NCBI GenBank assembly: GCA_034669905.1
Contig: JAXMOL010000062.1
Location: forward strand, 1-42,638
Origin: Candidatus Hydrogenedentota bacterium
GTDB lineage: Bacteria; Hydrogenedentota; Hydrogenedentia; Hydrogenedentales; JAEUWI01
Direction of reading: 5' to 3'
Length of the DNA: 42,638 bases
Within the stretch, counting starts at the first letter, position 1. Each line of letters starts with the position of its first letter. The translations under genes and the position numbers were made by a program. The notes under the pieces are model-generated. The model saw only the letters and a list, made by a program, of their open reading frames with translations, was not told the origin of the DNA and ran no database searches. This document shows, one piece after another, positions 9,350-18,942 of the stretch.

Positions 9350-9453
9350 GAAGATGTCTTTCTAGGGATTGGGGTAAATTTCTGTCGGATTCCAAGTTGA
9401 TAGTGGGCAAGCGCTATTCGCTGTCCACTTTCAACTACCCACGGTCAACTTCA
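9281..9453. repeat. Degenerate heptamer arrays in opposite orientations flanking the nrdB start
   Basis: + strand 9281-9336: GGCAGTG GACAGTT GGGCGTT GGCAGTG GACAGTG GATAGAT ATCAGTT GATAGTT. 9412-9453: CGCTATT CGCTGTC CACTTTC AACTACC CACGGTC AACTTCA (complementary type). Confidence 0.7.
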
Positions 9454-12255
9454 CTGACACGCTTCGCAGTCGGGGTCATTGATGTCACAGGCCACCACAC
9501 CGCGCGAAACGGCAATGTCATCCGACGCGCTCTTGTGCTTCATCCACCGTGGCTGTATGCCAAACTTGTTCACGTCCACCGTGGACTTCTCCACCTGGGT
9601 GGCCGCCAGGGTGCGCAGGTAGTAGGTCGTCTTCAGTCCGGCCTGCCACGCGGCGAAGTACATGTCATTCAGCTTCTTGCCACTCGGTGCTTCCATGTAG
9701 AGGTTCAACGACTGTCCCATGTCGAGCCACTTCTGCCGACGGGCCGCACACGTAATCAGCCAGTGGGAATCGATCTCAAAGGCGGTCTTGAAGCGACGCC
9801 GTATGGGCTCCGGAATACGTTCGATTTCTCCCAGGCACCCATCGTAGTATTTCAAGGCCTCCAACATGTCCCGGTCCCAGAGCCCCTCCTCCTTCAACAC
9901 CTTCACGAGGGCATGATTCACCTGGGTAAATTCACCCGACAAATTACTCTTCACATAGAGGTGCTTGTAGGTGGGCTCGATGGATTGGCTGACGCCCACA
10001 ATCGCACTGATGGTGGCCGTGGGCGCGATGGCGAGACAGTTGCTGTTGCGCATACCGTGTCGGGCGATGGCTTCCCTTACCGGTTGCCAATCCCGCGACG
10101 CCCCCTGGTCCACGACGATGCCTTCGCCCCGCTCTTTTTCCAACAGGGCGATGGTGTCGAGAGGCAAGAGTCCCCGGTCCCATTTGGACCCTTCGTAACT
10201 GCTGTATTTCCCCCGCTCCTCCGCCAGGGCCGTGGAAGCCAGGATCGCGTGGTAGGCAATGAGCTCCATGCTCGTATCGGCGAAAGCGACCGCCGCCTCA
10301 CTCTCATAGCTGATGCCACAGGCGATCAGGGCATCCTGAAAGCCCATCATACCCAGACCTACCGGGCGGTGCCGCCCGTTGGCCGTCTGTGCTTCTGGCG
10401 TCGGATAGTAATTGATGTCGATCACATTGTCGAGCATCCGCATGGCCGTGCTCACCGTATCGGCCACGAGGGCTTCGTCGATCACACCATCACGAATGTG
10501 GGCCTTGAGATTGATAGAGCCCAGGTTACAGACCGCCGTCTCCTCCCGCGAAGTGTTCAAGAGGATTTCCGTGCACAGGTTGCTGCTGTGAATGGTGCCC
10601 CGGTGATCCTGGCTCGACCGGATGTTGGACGGGTCTTTCCAGGTAATCCACGGGTGGCCCGTTTCAAAAAGACGGGTCAGCATTTTGCGCCAGAGATCGA
10701 CGGCGGGCAGACGACGAAAGAGCTTCAGTTCCCCCGCGTCGGCTTTCCGCTCATAGTGTTCATAGCGCGTGACGAAGGCCTTGCCGTAAAGATCGTGCAG
10801 GTCGGGCGTATCACTCGGATTGAAGAGGGTCCACTGTCCCCCTTCCTGTACCCGCCGCATAAAGAGATCGGGAATCCAGTTGGCCGTGTGCATGTCATGG
10901 GTACGGCGACGGTCATCCCCCGTGTTCTTCCGGAGGTCGAGAAACTCTTCCACGTCCAGGTGCCAGGTTTCGAGGTAGGAGCAAACCGCGCCCTTGCGCT
11001 TGCCCCCCTGATTCACCGCCACCGCCGTATCGTTCACCACCTTGAGGAAGGGCACAATACCCTGGCTCTTCCCGTTTGTCCCCTGAATGTGCGCATTCGT
11101 CGCCCGCACATTGGTCCAGTCGTTTCCGAGACCACCCGCCCACTTGGAAAGCCGGGCGTTGTCCCCCACACACTTGAAAATATGCTCCAGCTCATCGCAC
11201 ACCGTCGTCAAATAGCACGAGCTGAGTTGGGGGTGGAGGGTCGCCGAATTAAATAACGTGGGCGTGGCCGAACAAAAGCGATGGGTCGAGAGCACGTTGT
11301 AAAATTCAATCGCCCGCTGCTCCCGCCCTTCCGGCTCTCCGCTCGCCAGGCCCATGGCGACCCGCATCCAGAAATACTGGGGCGTCTCAATGCGGCGGCC
11401 ATCCACATGCAGCAGATAGCGGTCATACAGCGTCTGGAGCCCCAGGTACTGGAAGGCCTCATCGCGCTCCGGTTTCAGGGCAGCGATGATCGCGCTCAAA
11501 TCAAAACTACGCAAACTCGGGGAAAGATTCGCCCCGTTGATACCATCAATAAGGTAGTGCTCGAAATGCTCGCGGTATTTCCCGTCGAACTGCCCTTCCG
11601 ACACCACCGCACCAAAGGCCTCCTGATAGATCACGTCGAGCAGCAGACGACACGTTACCACATCATAGGCCGGGTCCCGCTCGATGTGGCTGCGCACGGC
11701 GAGCACCATGGCCCGCGCGAGTTCCTGCTCGGTAATCCCATCGAATACCGAACGCATCACCTCATGGTGCAGCTCCTCGATGAGGCAGACCTGCTCCAGA
11801 CCCCGACAGGCCACGGCGAGGCGGGCGCGGACGCTTTCGCCTTCCAGGGGGACGCGGTGTCCATTGGCCAACACGAGATGAAGACGGGGCTTTTCGACGG
11901 CAGGCGTCGAAGGCTCCCGGAGCGCGCGGACTTTGCTGTGCTCGGCGCGGTAGACGATGTAACGACGGGCCACCGTATAGTGACCTTGCCGCATCAACAG
12001 CACCTCCACCAAATCCTGGATGCTCTCCACATCCACGCCATCGACGCGTCCGGCGGCCCCAGCCAGCTCCGCGACCACCTCATCGGTCACCACCGAAATC
12101 GACGCCTGAATCCCGTCGTCCAGCGGCCCGTCCGCCTGCAACTTCCGGTCCGCCCGAAACGCATTTTCTATCGCCCGCGTGATGCGGTCCAATTCAAAGG
12201 GAACGCTACGACCATCCCGTTTGGTTACTACCCACTGTTCGTGTGTCTTCGTCAT
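9451..12255 (-). CDS. nrdA: Class I ribonucleotide reductase alpha (R1) subunit with N-terminal ATP-cone(s)
   Basis: [14 protein letters not shown] cone plus a degenerate second cone; [43 protein letters not shown]-terminal CEACQ. Confidence 0.97.
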   Translation of the reverse strand: MTKTHEQWVVTKRDGRSVPFELDRITRAIENAFRADRKLQADGPLDDGIQASISVVTDEVVAELAGAAGRVDGVDVESIQDLVEVLLMRQGHYTVARRYIVYRAEHSKVRALREPSTPAVEKPRLHLVLANGHRVPLEGESVRARLAVACRGLEQVCLIEELHHEVMRSVFDGITEQELARAMVLAVRSHIERDPAYDVVTCRLLLDVIYQEAFGAVVSEGQFDGKYREHFEHYLIDGINGANLSPSLRSFDLSAIIAALKPERDEAFQYLGLQTLYDRYLLHVDGRRIETPQYFWMRVAMGLASGEPEGREQRAIEFYNVLSTHRFCSATPTLFNSATLHPQLSSCYLTTVCDELEHIFKCVGDNARLSKWAGGLGNDWTNVRATNAHIQGTNGKSQGIVPFLKVVNDTAVAVNQGGKRKGAVCSYLETWHLDVEEFLDLRKNTGDDRRRTHDMHTANWIPDLFMRRVQEGGQWTLFNPSDTPDLHDLYGKAFVTRYEHYERKADAGELKLFRRLPAVDLWRKMLTRLFETGHPWITWKDPSNIRSSQDHRGTIHSSNLCTEILLNTSREETAVCNLGSINLKAHIRDGVIDEALVADTVSTAMRMLDNVIDINYYPTPEAQTANGRHRPVGLGMMGFQDALIACGISYESEAAVAFADTSMELIAYHAILASTALAEERGKYSSYEGSKWDRGLLPLDTIALLEKERGEGIVVDQGASRDWQPVREAIARHGMRNSNCLAIAPTATISAIVGVSQSIEPTYKHLYVKSNLSGEFTQVNHALVKVLKEEGLWDRDMLEALKYYDGCLGEIERIPEPIRRRFKTAFEIDSHWLITCAARRQKWLDMGQSLNLYMEAPSGKKLNDMYFAAWQAGLKTTYYLRTLAATQVEKSTVDVNKFGIQPRWMKHKSASDDIAVSRGVVACDINDPDCEACQ

Positions 12256-12510
12256 CCGTCACCAACCTTCTGACCCGGAGGGCCTTCGCAACCCGCGATT
12301 TCGCCGACGGAGTCCCAGTGAGGAAGGTCTGCCCACCAGACACACCGGTAGCCGGCGGGCTGGAGGGGAGTGAGGAAGAAGAGAAAGCCACCACGGCCGA
12401 TCGGGGGCGCGCCTCGCCATGATCGATCAAGCAGTGTGTGCTCGTTCTTCGACCGTCCCTTTCCCACGAAGGACGCAGTCGCGACGCATTTCCCAGGGGA
12501 AACACACCGA

Positions 12511-12700
12511 CCATTGGCAGGTCTTCGGACTCATGAACAGGGCCACCGAAGTGACCAGCCTACTCCCCATCGCTTCCCAATCGCTACAGGCGATCAGTGC
12601 TTCATGACAGGTTTCGTTTTCAATTACCGCTGCGGGGCAGTCCCGGATTTACACCGGGTTCCCTCTTGCCGCATCTGCTTGTGGCAGCTGCACCAATGAT
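12511..12700 (-). ncRNA. Cobalamin (AdoCbl) riboswitch
   Basis: Minus strand GGTG...AAGAGGGAACCCGGTGTAAATCCGGGACTGCCCCGCAGCGGTAA...GCACTG...GGGAAG...GAGTCCGAAGACCTGCC (B12 box), upstream of nrdA. Confidence 0.95.
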
Positions 12701-12706
12701 AGCCGT

Positions 12707-12735
12707 ATCTTATCCAAGTGGCCCGGCGGTGTCAA
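12707..12735 (-). promoter_or_regulatory. sigma70 promoter of riboswitch-nrdAB
   Basis: TTGACA-N17-TAAGAT ending about 7 nt before the riboswitch. Confidence 0.8.
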
Positions 12736-12742
12736 TGAAAAA

Positions 12743-12788
12743 CCGCAAGATGGGGTATAACTGTGCAAAAAACCACCACATGACGGAA
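12743..12788. promoter_or_regulatory. Two degenerate NrdR-box-like sites
   Basis: ccgCaAgATgggGtat (12743-12758) and ccaCcAcATgacGgaa (12773-12788) versus consensus acaCwAtATaTwGtgt; 30 bp apart, just upstream of the -35. Confidence 0.45.
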
Positions 12789-12968
12789 GAAAGCAGCAAA
12801 CTCTTGGTTCATCCGATTAGAGCGTACATTTGTAGAAACCCGCCTGGACGTGTGTGCCTATTGCACCGTCGATGCGAAACCGACGTCCACCAAGCTGGAT
12901 GGACCCCAGTTTACATTTTTTTCATGGATGATATAGGAGCGGTCATAGGCTTTCAGTTGGCGCGAGCT

Positions 12969-13173
12969 GCCCCGAAGGGGCACGACAGCTTTCAGCCCTG
13001 GGCAACGCCCAGGGAAAGAGGCCCCGCGTTCAACTTTTCGCCCTGAAAGGGCACGGCAGTTGTGTCTACCAAGGGCCAACTGTGTTGCCCTTTCAGGGCG
13101 ATAGGATGAGAAGAGACTCTTGTTGTCCCAGGGCGTTGCCCTGGGCTTTTGAACTGCAGGGGCCTTTCAGGCC
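12969..13173. repeat. REP/BIME-like composite palindromic element
   Basis: GCCCCGAAGGGGC..AGCCCTGGGCAACGCCCAGGG..CGCCCTGAAAGGGCA mirrored by TGCCCTTTCAGGGCG..CCCAGGGCGTTGCCCTGGGCT..GGCCTTTCAGGCC. Confidence 0.85.
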
Positions 13174-13538
13174 AAAAACAATGAACTCCTGTTCGTAAGG
13201 CCTTGACTCCGGTGGCGTGAACATTCAAGACGAACGTATTCTCAAGCCTGATGAACCATACTTTTCGCGTGTGAGGAGCGGTCTCGTGCCACGCGATCCG
13301 GCCCAGCCATGTCGAAGATTCGACGGAGGAGAATTTCGTGTGCATGGAGCACGGATGGCGGGGGCAGGAGTGCGAGACGGCCATCGGGCGGCCCGCTATC
13401 TCGGCAAAATGGATTCGTCGCTTCAAGGCGGTGTTCTAAGAGAACATTCCTTTCGCCCACAATCGCACGAACCCTCATATCTCGGGAGCGCGGCACGCCT
13501 ACTTCCAAAGCTTGATGCTCTCTATGCCACTAACCCCC

Positions 13539-13578
13539 AAAAAAATCGCGCACCATCGAATCAACGATGGCGCGCGAT
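13539..13578 (-). terminator. Rho-independent terminator after the ptsN-like gene
   Basis: ATCGCGCACCATCG / CGATGGCGCGCGAT hairpin followed on the minus strand by T7. Confidence 0.8.
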
Positions 13579-13604
13579 AACATCTTGTAACCTTGGCGCG
13601 TCCC

Positions 13605-14054
13605 CTACCCGTTCAACAGGGTATAGACCTCCTTCGAAGTCTTGCAGGCCACCAGGCCATCAAAAAGGGCCTTGTCCCGCAGGGAGAGCATCACCTGGGC
13701 CAGCAGGCTCAAGTACTCTTTATCCGAACCAGCGGGCGTGGCAAACAACACCAATACGTGGACCGGCTTGTTGTCGAGGGTGTCAAAGGGAAGCCCATGG
13801 GGCGCAATGCCCACCCCCAGCGTGGCCTCCGTGATCTCGGGTATCCGCACATGGGGTATGGCGATGCCATCCCCAATGCCCGTGCTCATGATAGCTTCCC
13901 GCTCGTACACGGCGGCCCGGAAGGCTTCCACGTCCGTGACCACCGGGTTCGTCCCGACGGCCGCGATCAGGGCTTCGAGAGCATCATGCTTCGTGGCACC
14001 TTTGGGAACAACACAGATTTGGTCTTCTGATATTTCAAGGCCGAATGCACTCAT
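13605..14054 (-). CDS. ptsN: PTS EIIA (Ntr/fructose-type) component
   Basis: YEREAIMSTGIGDGIAIPHVR with the phospho-His; FDTLDNKPVHVLVL. Start could be GTG 14087 (GGAGA RBS). Confidence 0.85.
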   Translation of the reverse strand: MSAFGLEISEDQICVVPKGATKHDALEALIAAVGTNPVVTDVEAFRAAVYEREAIMSTGIGDGIAIPHVRIPEITEATLGVGIAPHGLPFDTLDNKPVHVLVLFATPAGSDKEYLSLLAQVMLSLRDKALFDGLVACKTSKEVYTLLNG

Positions 14055-14195
14055 ATTCGCGATTAGTTGGCGGGCTGCTTCAACCACGCACACTATCTCC
14101 CACGTTCTTGGGTCCACGCGCTGGGACACCTGCGTCCCTTCGATACATCCGAGCCCCCGAACCGAAGTCCGAGATCACGACGCGCGTCTGTCACA

Positions 14196-15371
14196 TCAAA
14201 AAGTAAAGGGCTTCAATTTGTCACGCATCCGGCCCAGCGCCTCATCGAGCCGCTCATCGGAAACGGTCAGGGAGAAGCGCACAAAGCCTTCTCCATTGAC
14301 CCCATAGCCCGCACCGGGAGCCAGCACGACCGCACATTCTTCCAACATGTAGTCGCAGAATTCGGCCGACGTATAGCCCTTGGGTGCCGGCACCCAGAGG
14401 TAAAAGGCACCCTTGGGCGGATCGTAGGTCCAACCCAATGCACGGAGCGTATCAATAATCTTATTACGACGGCGGCCGTAGGTTTCCAACATGCCTTCAA
14501 TGTGGCCGTCACAGTTGTCCAGGGCTTCAATACCCGCATACTGCACCGCATTGAAAATGCCCGAGTCCGTGTTGGCCTTGGAGGTCGCGATGGCCTTGAT
14601 GATGTCCTGATTACCACAGGCCATACCAATGCGCCAGCCCGTCATGTTGTAGGGCTTGGACAGGGAGTTAAACTCTACCCCCACTTCTTTGGCGCCCGGC
14701 GCATTGAGGAAACTCAAGCGCTCCACGCCAAACACGACTTCACTGTAGGGGTTGTCGTAACACACCACGATGTCGTTGCTCTTGGCGAATTCCACCAGCT
14801 CGTTGAGGAATTTCGGCGTGGCCACGGCACCCGTGGGATTGTTGGGGTAGTTCAAAAAGAAGGCCACGGCTTTCTTGGCCACATCCGTGGGGATATCTTC
14901 GAAGCGCGGCAGAAAGTCATCTTCCGAGCGCATAGGCACGGCCACGGGCTCACCACCGGCAAACCAGATCGCCGGCTTGTAGCCGGGATAGCCCGGGTCG
15001 GTGACCAACACCGAATCGCCGGGATTGATAACGGCCATGCCGAAGTGATGACAACCTTCTTTGGAGCCAATCAGCGCCACGATTTCTTTGGCCGCATCCA
15101 GGTCCACGTCATAGCGACGCTTATACCAGCGGGCAACCGACTCACGAAACGCCAGCATACCCCACTCTTCGTCCGTCGGATACGGGTGGTTGGCCGGATC
15201 CTGCGCCGCCTTGGAAAGGGCATCAATGACCGACTGGGGCGTGGGCTCGACCGGATCACCAATGGCCAGGCTGATGACGTCGATGCCTCGGGCCTTGGCC
15301 TCGTTGATCTTATTCCGCAGGGTCATGAAAAGGTACGGGGGAATTTTCTTCAGCCGATCAGCGGTCTGCAT
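14196..15371 (-). CDS. dapL: LL-diaminopimelate aminotransferase-like PLP class I/II aminotransferase
   Basis: IPPYLF, ISLAIGDP, LIGSKEG, LNYPNNPTG, YDNPYSE, EFNSLSKPYNMTGWRIG (PLP Lys), PGAGYG..GEGFVRFSL. Confidence 0.78.
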   Translation of the reverse strand: MQTADRLKKIPPYLFMTLRNKINEAKARGIDVISLAIGDPVEPTPQSVIDALSKAAQDPANHPYPTDEEWGMLAFRESVARWYKRRYDVDLDAAKEIVALIGSKEGCHHFGMAVINPGDSVLVTDPGYPGYKPAIWFAGGEPVAVPMRSEDDFLPRFEDIPTDVAKKAVAFFLNYPNNPTGAVATPKFLNELVEFAKSNDIVVCYDNPYSEVVFGVERLSFLNAPGAKEVGVEFNSLSKPYNMTGWRIGMACGNQDIIKAIATSKANTDSGIFNAVQYAGIEALDNCDGHIEGMLETYGRRRNKIIDTLRALGWTYDPPKGAFYLWVPAPKGYTSAEFCDYMLEECAVVLAPGAGYGVNGEGFVRFSLTVSDERLDEALGRMRDKLKPFTF

Positions 15372-15537
15372 AGGGTGCACTTCCTTCGTATATATTGCTG
15401 GACTTCAGGATAGGATGAGTAAGTGGGCCACCCTGTGGGGCATCGGATACATTCTTGGGCGAATAAACGTCACAAACACGCCTGTATTCCCAAGTTGTGC
15501 CCGTGGCACCCAGACACGGCGGCGTAGAGAAGGGCTA

Positions 15538-15566
15538 ATCTTACACCCCTTCACCGGTCGTTTCAA
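15538..15566 (-). promoter_or_regulatory. sigma70 promoter upstream of dapL
   Basis: TTGAAA-N17-TAAGAT on the minus strand, giving a leader of about 160 nt. Confidence 0.6.
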
Positions 15567-15615
15567 GCCTGCGAAAAACTCAAAGTGTCAATACGGCGAA
15601 AAAACAAACCACGCC

Positions 15616-17403
15616 CTACGACGTGAAATACTGACGTACCGCGTCCACAAAGGCCTCCGCATACCACTGGCGCCACTCCGGATCGGAAAGGCGCTGACGG
15701 TCCACCGGATTCTTCAGATTCGCCGTTTCCACCAGCACTTTCGTGGGAACCAACGTGTTACGCAACACCGCCGGCACGTAGCGTTTCGTCCGGGTCCGCT
15801 GGATAACATTCCGAATGGGGTCACTCGTGCGGTGCACCGCGATCTGGGGGTTGTGGCTTCGCAGCGAGGCGAGCAGGGTCGTCGCAAAACTGCGGGACAG
15901 GGCCTCGTCCCGGCGTAATTCTGCCCGGGTAAAGCGCACAGATCGGTGCTCCCGCGCTTCCTTAAAATTGTTGTAAATGCTGGAGCCGGGAGGATCTTCG
16001 GCTTCCTCCCGATAGGCCGCGCCGGGAATGTAGACCATGGAGCCGCGCAGCTTTTCGTAGAGCGCATCACAGTGGATAGAGGCAAAGAGCACCTGCTCGG
16101 GCTTGGTTCCCCGGGCCAGCTCTTTGCGATAGTAATCATTGGCCAGGTACCAGCGGAGATTGGCGGACACCCGCGTATTGGTGGGCGCGTAGTTGGGCGT
16201 CGTCAGGACCACTTCGTCTTCGTCATGGCGAAAGCGGCGGTCATCGGTGGGCGAATAGCCCTGGCTCTTGTCCCGCACGGTCACATAAACCCGGGCCTGC
16301 GTGGTGGACTCGAGCAAATTCTTGATCCGCACCACAATGTCATAGTTCAACTCGTCTTCAAACAGGTTGCCGTGATGGGTACCCTGGTCGGCGCCCCCAT
16401 GGCCGGCATCCAGGATGATCGCAATGCCCTCCAGGCCACGCCCCGTGGTCGGCGCGGGCCGAACCGTCTCTGCCACCGCGGCATGACTGGCCTCAAAGGC
16501 CTGACGCCGTTCGCTTTCCTTGGGAAGGTATCGATCGGCCAGCATATCCTGGGGAATGCGAATTTCCTGCCCCACGTGGATACGACGGGGATTGGAAATC
16601 CCGCTCCGCTTGAGGATTTCCGCCGCCGCCTCATTCACCACACTCACTTCCCGAAATTCCGTAAAGCGAATGACCACCGACGTGTAAAGGGCCTCCCCCT
16701 TTTTCAGGTCATAGGCCGCATACTCACCCTTGGAATCCCGGCCATAGCGCAGGTCGCCTTCCACGAAATCATCTTCAAAAACGCCCCCATCTTCTTCCTC
16801 ATCGCTCTCAACAGGTACCAGAATGGGGGGCGGACGCAGGCGGGTCATCCGCGCCTCGTGATCGGGGGTAATCCGCTGAAACTCAGGCAGCAACAGCGAT
16901 TTGGGAAAAAAGAGGAGCTGACCCTTTTCCAACTGGCCGTCCCGGGCGTTCCGGTTCTCCATGAGGACTTCTACGGTCTTATAGTTGGTACCCTTCCCCG
17001 TAAGCCACTCCGCGAGATTCCACCAGGTCTCGACGCCCAGCGAACCATCATAGGTCACCACGTGCCACCAGCCCTCTGGATTGGAGAAATCCTCGGGAAA
17101 CATGGTTTCCATGACCTTGCGCTGGATTGCCGGCTTCAAGTCCTGGTACATCAGGGGAACCGTGCTTACCCCGGAATAGCGGCTGGCCGCCTTGGGGTCG
17201 GCCAGGTAGCTGCGGAGAAAGTCTTCTTGCTTCTTGCCCCGGGGGGTCCGGCATTCCAGGTAGAGCGTCCGACCGCCTTTCAGCGCAATGGTAACACCCG
17301 TCTCCATGGGCTTTCGCACCACGGAAGCGGCCTCGGCGGGTCCGGCAAGGAGGCCCAGGAATACCCAAAGAATCCCCAGAACATACAGGGTCAAACGGCC
17401 CAT
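15616..17403 (-). CDS. N-acetylmuramoyl-L-alanine amidase (Amidase_3) with long N-terminal region and LysM-like segment
   Basis: IILDAGHGGAD, FEDELN, SIHCD, VLVETAN zinc-amidase motifs; LKKGEALY...ISNPRRIHVGQEIRIP LysM-like; signal peptide from MGRLTLY (alternative start 17433). Confidence 0.88.
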   Translation of the reverse strand: MGRLTLYVLGILWVFLGLLAGPAEAASVVRKPMETGVTIALKGGRTLYLECRTPRGKKQEDFLRSYLADPKAASRYSGVSTVPLMYQDLKPAIQRKVMETMFPEDFSNPEGWWHVVTYDGSLGVETWWNLAEWLTGKGTNYKTVEVLMENRNARDGQLEKGQLLFFPKSLLLPEFQRITPDHEARMTRLRPPPILVPVESDEEEDGGVFEDDFVEGDLRYGRDSKGEYAAYDLKKGEALYTSVVIRFTEFREVSVVNEAAAEILKRSGISNPRRIHVGQEIRIPQDMLADRYLPKESERRQAFEASHAAVAETVRPAPTTGRGLEGIAIILDAGHGGADQGTHHGNLFEDELNYDIVVRIKNLLESTTQARVYVTVRDKSQGYSPTDDRRFRHDEDEVVLTTPNYAPTNTRVSANLRWYLANDYYRKELARGTKPEQVLFASIHCDALYEKLRGSMVYIPGAAYREEAEDPPGSSIYNNFKEAREHRSVRFTRAELRRDEALSRSFATTLLASLRSHNPQIAVHRTSDPIRNVIQRTRTKRYVPAVLRNTLVPTKVLVETANLKNPVDRQRLSDPEWRQWYAEAFVDAVRQYFTS

Positions 17404-17454
17404 GTGGTTAGAACCTCGATAATTTGCCGTCATACCCGGGACCAGACCTCCTGA

Positions 17455-17532
17455 ACACTACATGTAGACTTTGCCGCGAACCAACTCAAGATATCGTATC
17501 ACGACCCCGAGAGAGAGCACAAGATGATGTAG
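17455..17532. promoter_or_regulatory. NrdR-box-like tandem sites upstream of the amidase
   Basis: acaCtAcATgTaGact (17455-17470), actCaAgATaTcGtat (17484-17499), weaker gcaCaAgATgatGtag (17517-17532). Confidence 0.45.
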
Positions 17533-17553
17533 CCTGCGGCCAAGAGCCCCAAT

Positions 17554-18825
17554 TCAGGAGTGTTTCTTCTCCAGCACCTCCGGATCGGGAATGTGGAACC
17601 GGATCATTTTCTTGAATAAGGGGGTGAGCTTGACCGACTGTAGCGTCTCCAAACGGGCGTGGACACTGGGGCCCTTGTGTTGCTCCAACAGGCCAAAGTC
17701 ATGGAGTGGGTTCAGAATCCGGGTCGTAAGGGCAAAGTCGTCGTGCGTCGGATGGCCTGCTTCCTGGAATCCCTCCCGTACGGGGCTTAGATAGACCCGC
17801 TCACACAGCGCATCAATGGCAATGGCTTCCGCTGCCAACTCATGGATCACGAAAAAAATGAAAGGAACCGTCGATTGGACTTCCGGATACTCGGGGAGCG
17901 GGTCCAGATAGGCAAGGTTTAATTCCGTATACAACTGCAGAAAAAGGTCTACCTGCAGGTCCCCGAGCGTGGCCTGCTCCAGGCAGCGCTGGCCCTTTTT
18001 CGTCAAGGTCAGCTGGCCTTTCTGGAGCTTGATATAATTGGCAAACTCAAGCAAGACGCGTAAGACATTCAGCTGCAGGTGGTCTTCCTCGTTGGGGGCC
18101 TTGTGGAACTCCTCAAAGCGTGCCCGGTCGAACCGCGGCCATTCTGTCCGGCGGATCAGCGCCAGGACCGCCTTCCGATTCATATTCTTCCGGGCCGTGA
18201 GCCGAATCGCCCCTTCCTCCGACACATACTGGAGAAAGCGCAGGCCATTCTGCGCCATGGCGCTGTCTTTCAGGTCGTCCGACGTCAACGCCGCCGACAA
18301 GGAAATCACCGCATCGGGGCCGCTCCACGCGGTGTTGAGCAGTTCATAGACCTGGACCGGAGCCAGGCCGCAGAAGTCGTCGACGGGCTGGCTGTTGTGC
18401 GCTTCCATGAAGGCTTCGACCGCCGCGAAAGCCTCTTCAGGCGTCTCGAAATCGCCCGCCTTAATAAACTCGCGTACCTGGTCCAGCACTTCGTTGGGGA
18501 AATCCGCCAACACCGATTCCTCGTCTGTATCCTCGGTCTCCTCCCCATTCGCCATGCCGTTCCGTTCCGTCATGCCCTCAATGGCCGCGATCATTTCCCC
18601 GTCCTCTCCGATGGTCATCACCTCCGCCAGCGCTTGTAAGAGCTGAACCAGATCGGTCTCTGGCAGGGAGACCTCCAGACAGCCACTCAAGTGCACGGCA
18701 AAGCGCAGGCGCGCGGCAATACCAGGGGGCAGGTCGAGGCGCTCCAGAAAGAGTGCGCGTTCGGCAGAACTCAACAGCAGGCTATGCACTTCATCGGACA
18801 CCACAGACTCCAGAATAAATGGCAA
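17554..18825 (-). CDS. Hypothetical protein
   Basis: 423-aa ORF with natural protein composition and an acidic linker (EETEDTDEES); fills the gap between the amidase and the divergent phosphoesterase; no family recognised; TTG start uncertain. Confidence 0.75.
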   Translation of the reverse strand: MPFILESVVSDEVHSLLLSSAERALFLERLDLPPGIAARLRFAVHLSGCLEVSLPETDLVQLLQALAEVMTIGEDGEMIAAIEGMTERNGMANGEETEDTDEESVLADFPNEVLDQVREFIKAGDFETPEEAFAAVEAFMEAHNSQPVDDFCGLAPVQVYELLNTAWSGPDAVISLSAALTSDDLKDSAMAQNGLRFLQYVSEEGAIRLTARKNMNRKAVLALIRRTEWPRFDRARFEEFHKAPNEEDHLQLNVLRVLLEFANYIKLQKGQLTLTKKGQRCLEQATLGDLQVDLFLQLYTELNLAYLDPLPEYPEVQSTVPFIFFVIHELAAEAIAIDALCERVYLSPVREGFQEAGHPTHDDFALTTRILNPLHDFGLLEQHKGPSVHARLETLQSVKLTPLFKKMIRFHIPDPEVLEKKHS

Positions 18826-18942
18826 GGAAATTGTTTGAGGGGAATATGACTTGGCTCGGGATACTCGGGTATGTTAATACGAATCACGTACGCAGATAAA
18901 GTCCCCGCCCCCGCCTGCCGGGCATCCAACGAAGGAAAGACC

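Noticed and set aside
9397..11256. Long antisense ORFs (also 22393-24486, 36150-37958, 15946-17454, 14067-15413 and others)
   Set aside because: They lie opposite well-supported genes, lack motifs and are expected shadows of GC-rich codon bias.
12858..13515. ORFs or transposase remnant beside the REP-like element
   Set aside because: No HUH or DDE motifs recognised in the supplied ORFs; translations partly read through the palindromes.
15380..15530. Lysine riboswitch, SRP RNA or 6S RNA identity for the dapL leader
   Set aside because: Diagnostic motifs not visible by eye and no large central bubble; kept as an unassigned structure pending cmscan.
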